Source of the DNA: Phycisphaerae bacterium
Lineage (GTDB): Bacteria > Planctomycetota > Phycisphaerae > UBA1845 > Fen-1342
DNA length: 64,000 nt
Assembly (NCBI GenBank): GCA_963666925.2
Contig: CAXXTC010000003.1
Location: forward strand, 1 to 64,000
Direction of reading: 5' to 3'
In this document: positions 7,609 to 16,409 of the stretch, piece after piece
Layout of the letters: every line of letters starts with the position of its first letter
Position numbering within the stretch: the stretch's first letter is position 1
Position numbers and translations under genes: made by a program
The notes under the pieces: generated by a model
Told to the model about the DNA's origin: nothing
Databases searched by the model: none
What the model saw: only the letters and a program-made list of their open reading frames with translations

Positions 7609-9765
7609 CTACGATTTCTTGCCTCGGGACGGCTTCTTCTCTTGCCCGCCGTCCTCGCTGCTGCCACCATCGGCCTCTCGCATGGCAGCCTTACGAGACA
7701 ATTTTACCCGGCCCTGTTCGTCGATTGCAATCACTTTCACCTTGACCACGTCGCCCAGGTTCACCACATCGCTCACCTTCTGGACATAGTTATCGTCCAG
7801 TTCGCTGATGTGGCACAACCCGTCCTGGCCTTCCTGAATCTCGACGAACGCGCCGAAGTCCTTGATACTTATGACTTTGCCTTCGTAAATGCGCCCCACC
7901 TGCACATCTTCGGTAATTCTCTCCACCCAGTCGCGGGCTCGCTCGGCGGCAGCCGCATTCAGCGACGAAACCGTTACCGTGCCGTCGTCCTCGATGTCGA
8001 TCTGGGCCCCGGTTTCCGCCTGAATGGCCTTCACCGACTTGCCACCCGGACCGATAAGCTTGCCAATCTTTTCCGGGTTGATCTTGATCGTCAGCATCCG
8101 CGGGGCGTACTCGCTGATCTCATCCCGCGGCTTCTCGATCGTTGCATCCATAATATCGAGCAGCTTCATGCGGCACTTTTTGGCGAGCGCGAGCGCTTCG
8201 ACCATGATCTCGTGCGGCAGCCCCATGGCCTTGATGTCGAGTTGCACGCCGGTAATGCCCTCACGCGTGCCGGCCACCTTGAAGTCCATGTCGCCAAAGT
8301 GATCTTCGGTTCCGATAATGTCGGCCAGCAACTTATAGCGGCCGTCGTCCTCGATGACGACGCCGATGGAAATCCCCGCGACGGCAGCGGAGATGGGCAC
8401 GCCGGCGTCCATCAGTGCCAGCGATCCGCCACACACCGATGCCATCGAGCTCGACCCATTGGATTCGAGGATATCGCTGACCAGTCGAATGGTGTAGGCG
8501 AACTCGTCCGGCCCTGGCAGCACCGCTTCCAGGCTGCGTTCGGCGAGCGCCCCGTGGCCGATTTCACGCCGGCCCGGGCCCATGATGCGTCGCGCCTCGC
8601 CCACCGAGAACGGCGGGAAGTTGTAGTGCAGCATGAATTTTTTGCTGTACTCTTCGAGCAGGTCGTCGATGATCTGCTCGTCGCGGGCGGTCCCCAGCGT
8701 GCAAGTCACCAGCGACTGCGTCTCGCCACGGGTGAACAGCGCCGACCCGTGCACGCGCGGCAGCCACTTCACCGAGCAACTGATATTGCGAAGCTCGTCG
8801 GTCTTGCGACCATCCAGCCGCTTGCCCGATTCGACGATCATCTGCCGAACCAGCGTTTCCTCGAGCTTCTCGACGGCCGCCTTGACCTCTCCCGGCTCAT
8901 GATCCGGTTTGGGCTCACCTTCCGGACAGTATTCGAGAACCGTTTCGTCGTAGACCGCCTTGACCGCATCCTGCCGCTCGAGCTTGCCGTGGATATCGAG
9001 CGCTTTGCGCAGCTTCGGCTCCACCCTCTTCTTCAGGCCGTCGAAGAAAGCCGTATCTTTCTCGGGCGCTTCCCAGGTGGACTCGCGTCCGACCTGGCGT
9101 CCGAGTTCCTTGATCATCTCGCAGATCGGCTTCACGCCGTGCTCATGGCCGAACTTGATCGCCTCGGCCATGTCCTCTTCAGACACTTCGCGTGAGCCGA
9201 CTTCGATCATGGTGACGGCATCAGGATGTCCGGCGACGGTGGCGTCGATGTCGGAATACTCAAGCTGCGATTCGGTGGGGTTGATGACGAACTTACCGTC
9301 GACGCGTCCGACGCGCACACCGGCGATCGGGCCGTGAAACGGAATCGGCGCAACTTCCACAGCGGCCGCGGCCGCCACCAGGCCCACGACATCCGGATTG
9401 CTCTGCAAGTCGGCCGCCAGCACCATCACCTGGACCTGGACCTCGTTGCGGAATCCGTCGGGGAAGAGCGGTCGCATCGGCCGGTCGATGAGTCGGCTGG
9501 TCAGCACTTCCTTGGTGGTCGGGCGGCCCTCGCGTTTGAAAAACCCGCCGGGGAACTTGCCCGCGGCGGACATTTTCTCGCGATAGTCAACCATCAGGGG
9601 GAAAAAGTCGATCCCGGGGCGCGGATCGGCCGTCACCACGGTTCCCAGCACGACGGTGTCGCCGTAGCGTACGATGGCTGAACCCGCAGCCTGCTTGGCC
9701 ACCTCACCCGTTTCGATAGATAGCGTGCGCCCGCCAATTTCACGTTTGATTTTTACCGGCCTCAT
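7609..9765 (-). CDS. pnp: Polyribonucleotide nucleotidyltransferase (PNPase)
   Basis: FFPLMVDYRE, RREIGHG, SNGSSSMAS and GDMDFKVAG motifs; KH and S1 domains. Confidence 0.98.
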   Translation of the reverse strand: MRPVKIKREIGGRTLSIETGEVAKQAAGSAIVRYGDTVVLGTVVTADPRPGIDFFPLMVDYREKMSAAGKFPGGFFKREGRPTTKEVLTSRLIDRPMRPLFPDGFRNEVQVQVMVLAADLQSNPDVVGLVAAAAAVEVAPIPFHGPIAGVRVGRVDGKFVINPTESQLEYSDIDATVAGHPDAVTMIEVGSREVSEEDMAEAIKFGHEHGVKPICEMIKELGRQVGRESTWEAPEKDTAFFDGLKKRVEPKLRKALDIHGKLERQDAVKAVYDETVLEYCPEGEPKPDHEPGEVKAAVEKLEETLVRQMIVESGKRLDGRKTDELRNISCSVKWLPRVHGSALFTRGETQSLVTCTLGTARDEQIIDDLLEEYSKKFMLHYNFPPFSVGEARRIMGPGRREIGHGALAERSLEAVLPGPDEFAYTIRLVSDILESNGSSSMASVCGGSLALMDAGVPISAAVAGISIGVVIEDDGRYKLLADIIGTEDHFGDMDFKVAGTREGITGVQLDIKAMGLPHEIMVEALALAKKCRMKLLDIMDATIEKPRDEISEYAPRMLTIKINPEKIGKLIGPGGKSVKAIQAETGAQIDIEDDGTVTVSSLNAAAAERARDWVERITEDVQVGRIYEGKVISIKDFGAFVEIQEGQDGLCHISELDDNYVQKVSDVVNLGDVVKVKVIAIDEQGRVKLSRKAAMREADGGSSEDGGQEKKPSRGKKS

Positions 9766-9891
9766 ACTTAACTCACTCTCTTTCCAACAAGCCTACATTG
9801 CGACCATTGCCGCGTTTCGCGGGCGCGCAGCACCGCTCCGCCACAGCAATCCGTGCGTAGCGGAACAACACACGCAGCCCCCATGACCCGA

Positions 9892-10161
9892 CTATTTGCG
9901 CAGTCCAAGTTTTCCAATCGTGTTGAGATAGCGCTGCCGATCGGTCCGCGCCAGGTACTTGAGCAGGGATGAGCGTTTCCCCACCATCTTCAGCAGCCCC
10001 CGACGCGAGGAATGGTCCTTCTTGTGGGTCTTGAGATGCTCGGTGAGTCCCACAATGCGCTTGGTCAGCAGTGCGATCTGGACTTCGGCTGACCCGGTGT
10101 CCACGTCGTGCCGACGATGCTCCTGGACAATTGAATTCTTGGTTTCTTGTGAGAGGGCCAT
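9892..10161 (-). CDS. rpsO: 30S ribosomal protein S15 (89 aa)
   Basis: [13 protein letters not shown] and [11 protein letters not shown]; canonical rpsO-pnp order. Confidence 0.98.
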   Translation of the reverse strand: MALSQETKNSIVQEHRRHDVDTGSAEVQIALLTKRIVGLTEHLKTHKKDHSSRRGLLKMVGKRSSLLKYLARTDRQRYLNTIGKLGLRK

Positions 10162-10284
10162 TGGCTGCTCATCCTTATACACTTGGGCGTGCCACAGCAA
10201 TCCGCGACGCCGGTCGGGGGGCCGCAACAGCCTGCCAGAATTTTTACAAGCCGACAGTATAGGATCTGCCCGGAACACCCGCAA
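10162..10284 (-). promoter_or_regulatory. rpsO promoter (TTGCGG-17-TATACT) and structured 5' leader
   Basis: -10 at 10261-10256, -35 at 10284-10279. In the leader GGCTGTT pairs with AGCAGCC just before the ATG and encloses a GGCGT/ACGCC hairpin. Confidence 0.55.
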
Positions 10285-10368
10285 CCCGTTGCTCCACCGC
10301 GTCCCCATCCTGAGCAGTTGCCCCCCAACCCCGCGGCGAAGTCCGTAAGCCCATCACCTGGAAGGACT

Positions 10369-11100
10369 TCAAGAAACCAGATCGGTCCCATCCCCCGGAG
10401 TTGGCTGGGCCGTCACCGACATCCCATCGCCTACCTCGTCGGAGACAACCTGCCCATCCCGCATGTTCACCACCCGCCGGGCGTGCAGCGCGATATCGGG
10501 CTCGTGTGTGACCATCACGATGGTTACGCCCTGATCATTAAGGGCCTTGAATATCCCCATAATCTGCTCGCCGGTCTTCGTGTCCAGGTTTCCGGTGGGC
10601 TCGTCCGCCAGCAGCAGCGGGGGGTCGTTCACGATTGCCCGAGCGATGGCCACGCGCTGCCGCTCGCCGCCCGACAGCTCGTTGGGCTGGTGGCCGGCGC
10701 GGTGTTCCAAGCCCACCCGCTGGAGAGCTCGCAGGGCGGGGCCGCGGGTGTTCAGCGCCCGTGCGTAGAACAGTGGCATAGCCACGTTATCCAGCGCCGT
10801 GGTGCGATTGATCAGGTTGAACGTCTGGAAGACGAACCCGATCTGCTTGTTGCGGATGCTGGCCAGGGCCCGATCGGACAGTCCGCGCACCGCACGCCCG
10901 TCGAAGGTGTACGTTCCGCTGGTCGGGCGGTCCAGACACCCAATCAGGTGCATCATCGTGCTCTTGCCGCTGCCGGATGCCCCCGTGATGGCCATGAACT
11001 CACCGCGTTCCAGCGTCAGATCCACCCCATCCAGCGCGCGCACCACCGTCGTCCCCATCGGATACAGCTTCGTTAATCCGCGAAGTTCGATCAGTGCCAC
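10369..11100 (-). CDS. ABC transporter ATP-binding protein, MacB/LolD family
   Basis: Walker [41 protein letters not shown]. Confidence 0.95.
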   Translation of the reverse strand: MALIELRGLTKLYPMGTTVVRALDGVDLTLERGEFMAITGASGSGKSTMMHLIGCLDRPTSGTYTFDGRAVRGLSDRALASIRNKQIGFVFQTFNLINRTTALDNVAMPLFYARALNTRGPALRALQRVGLEHRAGHQPNELSGGERQRVAIARAIVNDPPLLLADEPTGNLDTKTGEQIMGIFKALNDQGVTIVMVTHEPDIALHARRVVNMRDGQVVSDEVGDGMSVTAQPTPGDGTDLVS

Positions 11101-11116
11101 GCCCGCCGACTCCCTG

Positions 11117-12502
11117 CTAACTCTGGTCCTCGTCGGTGTCCTTAGGCAACTTCGTGTAGACCGATGCTCCCGCCTTCAACTCGTGATCGCCCAGAGCCTC
11201 GATCACCTGAGTAAACTCGCCGTCACTGATCCCGAAGCGGCACGGCACAAACTCGCGGCCGTATTCCTCGCCCGCGGCAACGTCCGGCTGGGTCCTCACG
11301 TAGACGCCGCGCTGGCCGGCGAGGTTCTTGACGGCCTCGGCCGGTACGCGCACCACGTCGGTGGCGCTCTCCACGGTAAACTCAACCTGCGCCTGTGCCC
11401 CCAACGGCAACTTGTGAGCCTGTTCGTCGTTGATCCACACGTGCACGTCGAATTGGATAATGGACGCACCGGTGTTCAGCTTGCCTTGTGGCTCGACCCG
11501 CTCGATTCGTCCCTCGAAGATGTCCTCCGGAAACGCATCCACCGTGACCCGCACGATACCGCTCCGCCCGGCCACATCCGTCGCGATCTCTTCGGCCGCG
11601 GCCCGCAACCCGGGCATCTCCGGCAACGCTTCGAGCGGCGAGATGTTCAGCACGCGGCCATAGTCGGCCTCGTCCAGCCGGGCGATGACCTTCTTCTTGG
11701 CCACGTCCGACAACACCATCAGGGGCGTACCGCCGGTCAGACTCTGCGTGCCCGACTGCACGAGCATGCCGGGCTTGGCAAACACCTGCGTGATGATCCC
11801 GTCCTGCGGTGCAAGGATGGACGTTTCGCGCAGTCGCTCCTGCGCATCCTCCAATGTCTTGCGTGCCGACTGTACGGTCGCCTCCTGTGATCGGACGGCC
11901 GCCTCCGCATCGAGCTTGGCCAATTCGGCGCTGCGCACGGATACCCGGGCCACTTCCACCTGGGCCCGTACCATCCGCGCCTGCGAGCGGATGTCGATCA
12001 CTTCCTGGGCACTGTACTGCTCGGAAACGCCCCGGTCATCAAGCGTTTCCTCCATGCGCCGCAGGGCGAACTCGGTGGTCTCCATCTGCGCTTCAAGTTC
12101 CGCCACATGGGCGTTGGAGGACGCGATGTTCGCCTCCGCGCGATCGACCGCCACGCGGGCCTGCGTCAGCAGCGCCTCGGACCGATCGAAATCCGCCTCC
12201 GCGCGATCGAGCGTGCGCTGTTCATCGTCCGGATCCAGTACGACGAGCACGTCCCCTTTGGATACGTACGAACCCTCGACCACTCGCACGCCGGTGATCT
12301 CACCCGACGCTTCCGGCTTGACCTCGACCACCTGCTCGGCGTGGATGAGGCCCGCGGCCGTGATGGGGACCTTGATGTCGCCGCGGGTCACCTCGCCGAA
12401 CTTGGGCATCGCCCATGGCGGACGATACTGCTGCTGGCGAGCGAAGTACCACCCGATGACTACCAATCCGACGACGGCCAGGAGGATGATCCATTTCCTC
12501 AT
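11117..12502 (-). CDS. MacA/HlyD-type periplasmic adaptor subunit
   Basis: N-terminal TM anchor, biotinyl-lipoyl-like halves (SGEITGVRVVEGSYV; ILAPQDGII), long coiled coil. Confidence 0.9.
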   Translation of the reverse strand: MRKWIILLAVVGLVVIGWYFARQQQYRPPWAMPKFGEVTRGDIKVPITAAGLIHAEQVVEVKPEASGEITGVRVVEGSYVSKGDVLVVLDPDDEQRTLDRAEADFDRSEALLTQARVAVDRAEANIASSNAHVAELEAQMETTEFALRRMEETLDDRGVSEQYSAQEVIDIRSQARMVRAQVEVARVSVRSAELAKLDAEAAVRSQEATVQSARKTLEDAQERLRETSILAPQDGIITQVFAKPGMLVQSGTQSLTGGTPLMVLSDVAKKKVIARLDEADYGRVLNISPLEALPEMPGLRAAAEEIATDVAGRSGIVRVTVDAFPEDIFEGRIERVEPQGKLNTGASIIQFDVHVWINDEQAHKLPLGAQAQVEFTVESATDVVRVPAEAVKNLAGQRGVYVRTQPDVAAGEEYGREFVPCRFGISDGEFTQVIEALGDHELKAGASVYTKLPKDTDEDQS

Positions 12503-12593
12503 GCTGCGCTCCTCGCTGTCCTGGCGCGCTGCGCGGCGCCCGACCCGCGCCGGGCGCCGCGCCGCCTCTATCGCATTCTGCGTTTGGCCGGGA

Positions 12594-13703
12594 CTATTTC
12601 GGCTGCCAAGGCTCGAACGGCAAGTCGAAAGCCGCGGCGACGGGCTGGTTGGTAACCCGCCCGCGGATCATGTTCAGCCCCATGGCCAGACCTGGATCAG
12701 CCGCGCAGGCCTTCTCCCAACCCTGGTCAGCCAACTTCACCAAAAAGCTAATCGTGGCATTGGTCAGGCCGAAGGTGCTCGTCCGCGAAACCGCCCCGGG
12801 CATGTTCGCCACTCCGTAATGAACCACACCTTCGATCACGTAGGTTGGATCGGCGTGCGTGGTCGGATGCGTCGTCTCGCAGCAGCCACCCTGATCGACA
12901 CCGACGTCGACGATGACCGCGCCCGACTGCATCAGCTTCAGATTGTCGCGGGTCACCAGCATCGGGCAGCGCGCCCCAGGAATCAGCACGGCACCAATCA
13001 CCAGGTCAGCCTTCTCCAGGTGCGACCGGATCGCCTCCGGGGTACTGAAAACGGGCGTGACGTTGGCCGGCATAACCTCGTCTAGATAGCGCAGCCGATA
13101 CAAGTCAATATCCATCAATACTACGTTGGCGCCGAGCCCGGCCGCTAGGCGCGCCGCACACGTGCCGACGATACCACCGCCCAGTACAAGGACGTTCGCC
13201 GGTTCCACACCCGGAACACCGCCGAGCAGAATCCCGCGACCTTCCTGTGGCTTCTCCAGGTACTTGGCGCCTTCCTGCACGCTCATCTTGCCGGCCACTT
13301 CGCTCATCGGCGCCAACAGCGGCAAGCGCCCGTGCCCGTCAACGATAGTCTCATAAGCGATCGCCACGCAACCCGAGTCACGCACCCCCGTGGTCAGCGC
13401 GTTGTCGGCCGCAAAGTGGAAATACGTGAAAACCGTCTGATCCTTGCGGATCATCTTGATTTCAGGGGCCAATGGCTCCTTCACCTTGCATACCAACTCG
13501 GCCTGCCCCCACACATCGGCCGCCGAGTCGACTATCTCGGCGCCGTACTTCTCATAATCCGCATCGTCGATCCCCGACCCAACGCCTGCGCCACGCTCGA
13601 TAAGAATGCGATGGCCATGACGCTTGAGCTGTTCCACACCCGACGGCACCACAGCAACACGGTACTCATCAGGCTTGATCTCCTTCGGGACACCGATAAT
13701 CAT
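12594..13703 (-). CDS. ald: Alanine dehydrogenase
   Basis: MIIGVPKEIK start (ATG 13703), LPLLAPMSEVAG, DQGGC, VANMPGAV. Confidence 0.97.
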   Translation of the reverse strand: MIIGVPKEIKPDEYRVAVVPSGVEQLKRHGHRILIERGAGVGSGIDDADYEKYGAEIVDSAADVWGQAELVCKVKEPLAPEIKMIRKDQTVFTYFHFAADNALTTGVRDSGCVAIAYETIVDGHGRLPLLAPMSEVAGKMSVQEGAKYLEKPQEGRGILLGGVPGVEPANVLVLGGGIVGTCAARLAAGLGANVVLMDIDLYRLRYLDEVMPANVTPVFSTPEAIRSHLEKADLVIGAVLIPGARCPMLVTRDNLKLMQSGAVIVDVGVDQGGCCETTHPTTHADPTYVIEGVVHYGVANMPGAVSRTSTFGLTNATISFLVKLADQGWEKACAADPGLAMGLNMIRGRVTNQPVAAAFDLPFEPWQPK

Positions 13704-13751
13704 CAATAACTCCTGCCAGGGGCCATTCGGGACGATGTACCCCACGTCACC

Positions 13752-14339
13752 ATGGGAAACCGCTCGAAGCTCATCAAGGTAAGGACCCCGGGCACCGTTT
13801 GCAAGCCGACGCGCCCGCGGCACGGCTGGGGAACAGCGGCACAAGCCGGCCTATTCGGCACACTGCTGCTGCTGGTAGGCTGTACGGCTACCCATCGCCC
13901 ACGAACCATCACCGTGGCCGAGCTCGAAGCTGCCCGCCCCGCACCAAAGCCGCCCCCCGTCCGATCACTCGTCAGCGACGCACGCCCGCTGCAGGAGATG
14001 TGCATACCGCTCGGAGAGCGGCTCGGTCTGCTCCAGGTACGGTCCGATTATGAATGGCAACAGCTCAATCTTGTCGCCCCGCAAGCTGGCCCACACCCGG
14101 ACTTCCGCACGGGCACGCTCGTCGGGGTGGCCTGCTGGGTCGGCTCTCCCGTTAACGGCGAATGGCCCGTGCATATTGATAACGTACGCATCAAACACGG
14201 CGCCGGCCTGGTAAACGGGTACTTCGCCCCCGGAACATATCTCCCTGACGGGACCGCCTACCTCGAAACCGTGTTCGTAGATGGTCTGCGTGGCGTCCTC
14301 ATGGTGGACATCAGCGGGACCACCTTTTACCCCGAGTAG
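13752..14339 (+). CDS. Hypothetical lipoprotein (weak resemblance to PrcB C-terminal domain)
   Basis: Lipobox LLLVGC; W...PDF...LVGV pattern; start codon uncertain. Confidence 0.55.
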   Translation: MGNRSKLIKVRTPGTVCKPTRPRHGWGTAAQAGLFGTLLLLVGCTATHRPRTITVAELEAARPAPKPPPVRSLVSDARPLQEMCIPLGERLGLLQVRSDYEWQQLNLVAPQAGPHPDFRTGTLVGVACWVGSPVNGEWPVHIDNVRIKHGAGLVNGYFAPGTYLPDGTAYLETVFVDGLRGVLMVDISGTTFYPE

Positions 14340-14676
14340 CTCAGACAGTCTGTCACCTCCGCTCTCCTCAGGAGCAGAATCCCATCATAACAGGCGTACG
14401 CCAAGCACATCCGGGCGCTTTCCCGGACCTTGTTATTGACTGGGTAGCATTGGCCACAGTATGTTGCGTATAAGCATCATTGGCCGTCAGCCGCAACATG
14501 CGGGGGCGCGCAGTTTGGTGCGATTGGTCGAATTCGAGTAGTCGAAGGCCATGAATATCGCGACATTTCGCCCGGGGCGCCTGTTGTCGGTTCGGGGCCA
14601 GGCCGTTGGGCCAGATCTGGATGGGGTTGTAATCGCCCGCTCGTGAGGCCATACGGTCGCCCGGCTGAGGTGGAAG

Positions 14677-16131
14677 ATGGACACAAGCTCACCCATAGAC
14701 TCCGTTCAACACGAGGATGATTCGCTGCGCCGGGCGCGGGCCGCACGGGTGCTCATCGTCGACGATGAGCGCATGGTGCTGGATACGCTGAGTGAATGGC
14801 TGCGTTCTGACGGGCACAACATCGTCGGTGCCGGATCAACCGAAGAAGCGCTGCTCGAACTGGAACGCAGTAGCTTTGACGTGCTGATCACCGACATGAT
14901 TCTCGCTGACGGCGACGGGCTCGACCTGATCCGCAAGGTCAACGAGCACTGGCCGGACATGCCCGCTGTGGCAATGAGCGGCTACGGGACGGTGGAGTCC
15001 GCCACGCACGCCATCAAGGCCGGCGCGTTCGAGTTTCTCTCCAAGCCGGTACGTGTTGACGCGATCCGACAGGTCGTCCGCCGGGCGATTGAGCAACAGG
15101 GTCTGCTGCGTGCGAAGCGCTCGTTGCGCCGGGTGCTCGATACGCCGTACAACCTCGACGCCGTCGTCGGGCGCACCCACCAGATGCAGAAGGTCTTTGA
15201 CCTGATCGAAGCTGTTGCGGATTCGAAAGCCACCGTACTGATCTACGGTGAAACCGGCACCGGAAAATCGCTGATTGCCCGCGCCATCCATCAGCGCAGC
15301 CAGCGTCGCACCCGGCCGTTCATCGAGGTCAGTTGTGGTGCGATTCCGGAGACACTGCTCGAGTCGGAACTGTTCGGGCACATCAAGGGTGCCTTCACCG
15401 GAGCGTTGGCCGACAAGGACGGCAAATTCCGAGCGGCCGAAGGCGGTACGATCTTTCTCGATGAGATTGCGTCGGCCTCGCCGAGCCTGCAGGTTCGGCT
15501 GCTGCGCGTGCTTCAGGAACGTCGCTTCGAGCCAATCGGATCCAACACGACGCTGACCGCCGACGTCCGTGTGATACTGGCAACGAACCTAAACTTGCAG
15601 AAAGAGGTGGAGGAGGGACGTTTCCGGCGTGACCTGTACTACCGCATCAACGTGGTCAACCTGGAGTTGCCGCCGCTGCGCGAGCGGCTGACCGACATCC
15701 CGTTGCTGGCGGAGCACTTCCTGCGAAAATATGTCCACCAGAGCGGACGAGAAGTGCACGGCTTCACCGAAGAGGCGCTTCAGATCATGCAGCGTTTCGA
15801 ATGGCCGGGCAACGTGCGTGAGTTAGAAAACTGCGTGGAGCGGGCGGTCGTCCTGTCACGCCACGAGCAGATCACCAAGGACGATCTGCCTCCCAACATC
15901 GTCCAGGCGACCGAGGCGGACGCAAAACTGTTCTCAGCCAAGACCGGCCGGCCGATGACGCTCAAAGAGGCGCTCGAAGGCCCGGAACGGCGCATCATCC
16001 AGGCGGCCCTGGAAGCAAACAGTTGGAGCCGACAGAAGACCGCCGCGGTGCTCGACGTCAATCGCACCACGCTCTACAAGAAGATGAAGCACTACGGGCT
16101 ACTCAAGCCCGGGCGATCAAGTAAGAGCTGA
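14677..16131 (+). CDS. Sigma54-dependent response regulator (NtrC/AtoC family)
   Basis: Receiver domain (LIVDDE, ITDM, SKP), GETGTGKS, GAFTGA, WPGNVREL, C-terminal Fis-type HTH. Confidence 0.96.
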   Translation: MDTSSPIDSVQHEDDSLRRARAARVLIVDDERMVLDTLSEWLRSDGHNIVGAGSTEEALLELERSSFDVLITDMILADGDGLDLIRKVNEHWPDMPAVAMSGYGTVESATHAIKAGAFEFLSKPVRVDAIRQVVRRAIEQQGLLRAKRSLRRVLDTPYNLDAVVGRTHQMQKVFDLIEAVADSKATVLIYGETGTGKSLIARAIHQRSQRRTRPFIEVSCGAIPETLLESELFGHIKGAFTGALADKDGKFRAAEGGTIFLDEIASASPSLQVRLLRVLQERRFEPIGSNTTLTADVRVILATNLNLQKEVEEGRFRRDLYYRINVVNLELPPLRERLTDIPLLAEHFLRKYVHQSGREVHGFTEEALQIMQRFEWPGNVRELENCVERAVVLSRHEQITKDDLPPNIVQATEADAKLFSAKTGRPMTLKEALEGPERRIIQAALEANSWSRQKTAAVLDVNRTTLYKKMKHYGLLKPGRSSKS

Positions 16132-16409
16132 CCGCGGGACCGCCGCCGCAATTCCACCCACCACAACACTGGCGCGGACGAATCTCGGGGGACGCACGCC
16201 ACCCGTAACCGCTCACGCCACATAACAAGCCTGTTTACGGCCGACCACTCGGCAAAAACGACTCCAACGGGCGTGTGCGGCGCGGTATACTGGATTGCTT
16301 TTGTTTATTCCGGGCCGCCCAGTGTGATGGTGTAAAGCAACGGCGGGGCCCGGTGTGGGTATCCCGCCGCCGCGGAAGGGTCCCGAGACGGGAGGGCGGA
16401 GCGGTCGAA

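Noticed and set aside
7642..9195. Long antisense ORFs (e.g. 2632-4110, 7642-9195, 48695-50599, 51093-53039, 54489-56456, 61944-63836)
   Set aside because: Shadow frames of well-supported genes, expected from high-GC codon bias; no recognisable motifs.
14451..14467. Sigma54 promoter TGGCCACAGTATGTTGC upstream of the NtrC-like gene
   Set aside because: GG-to-GC spacing is 2 nt too long.
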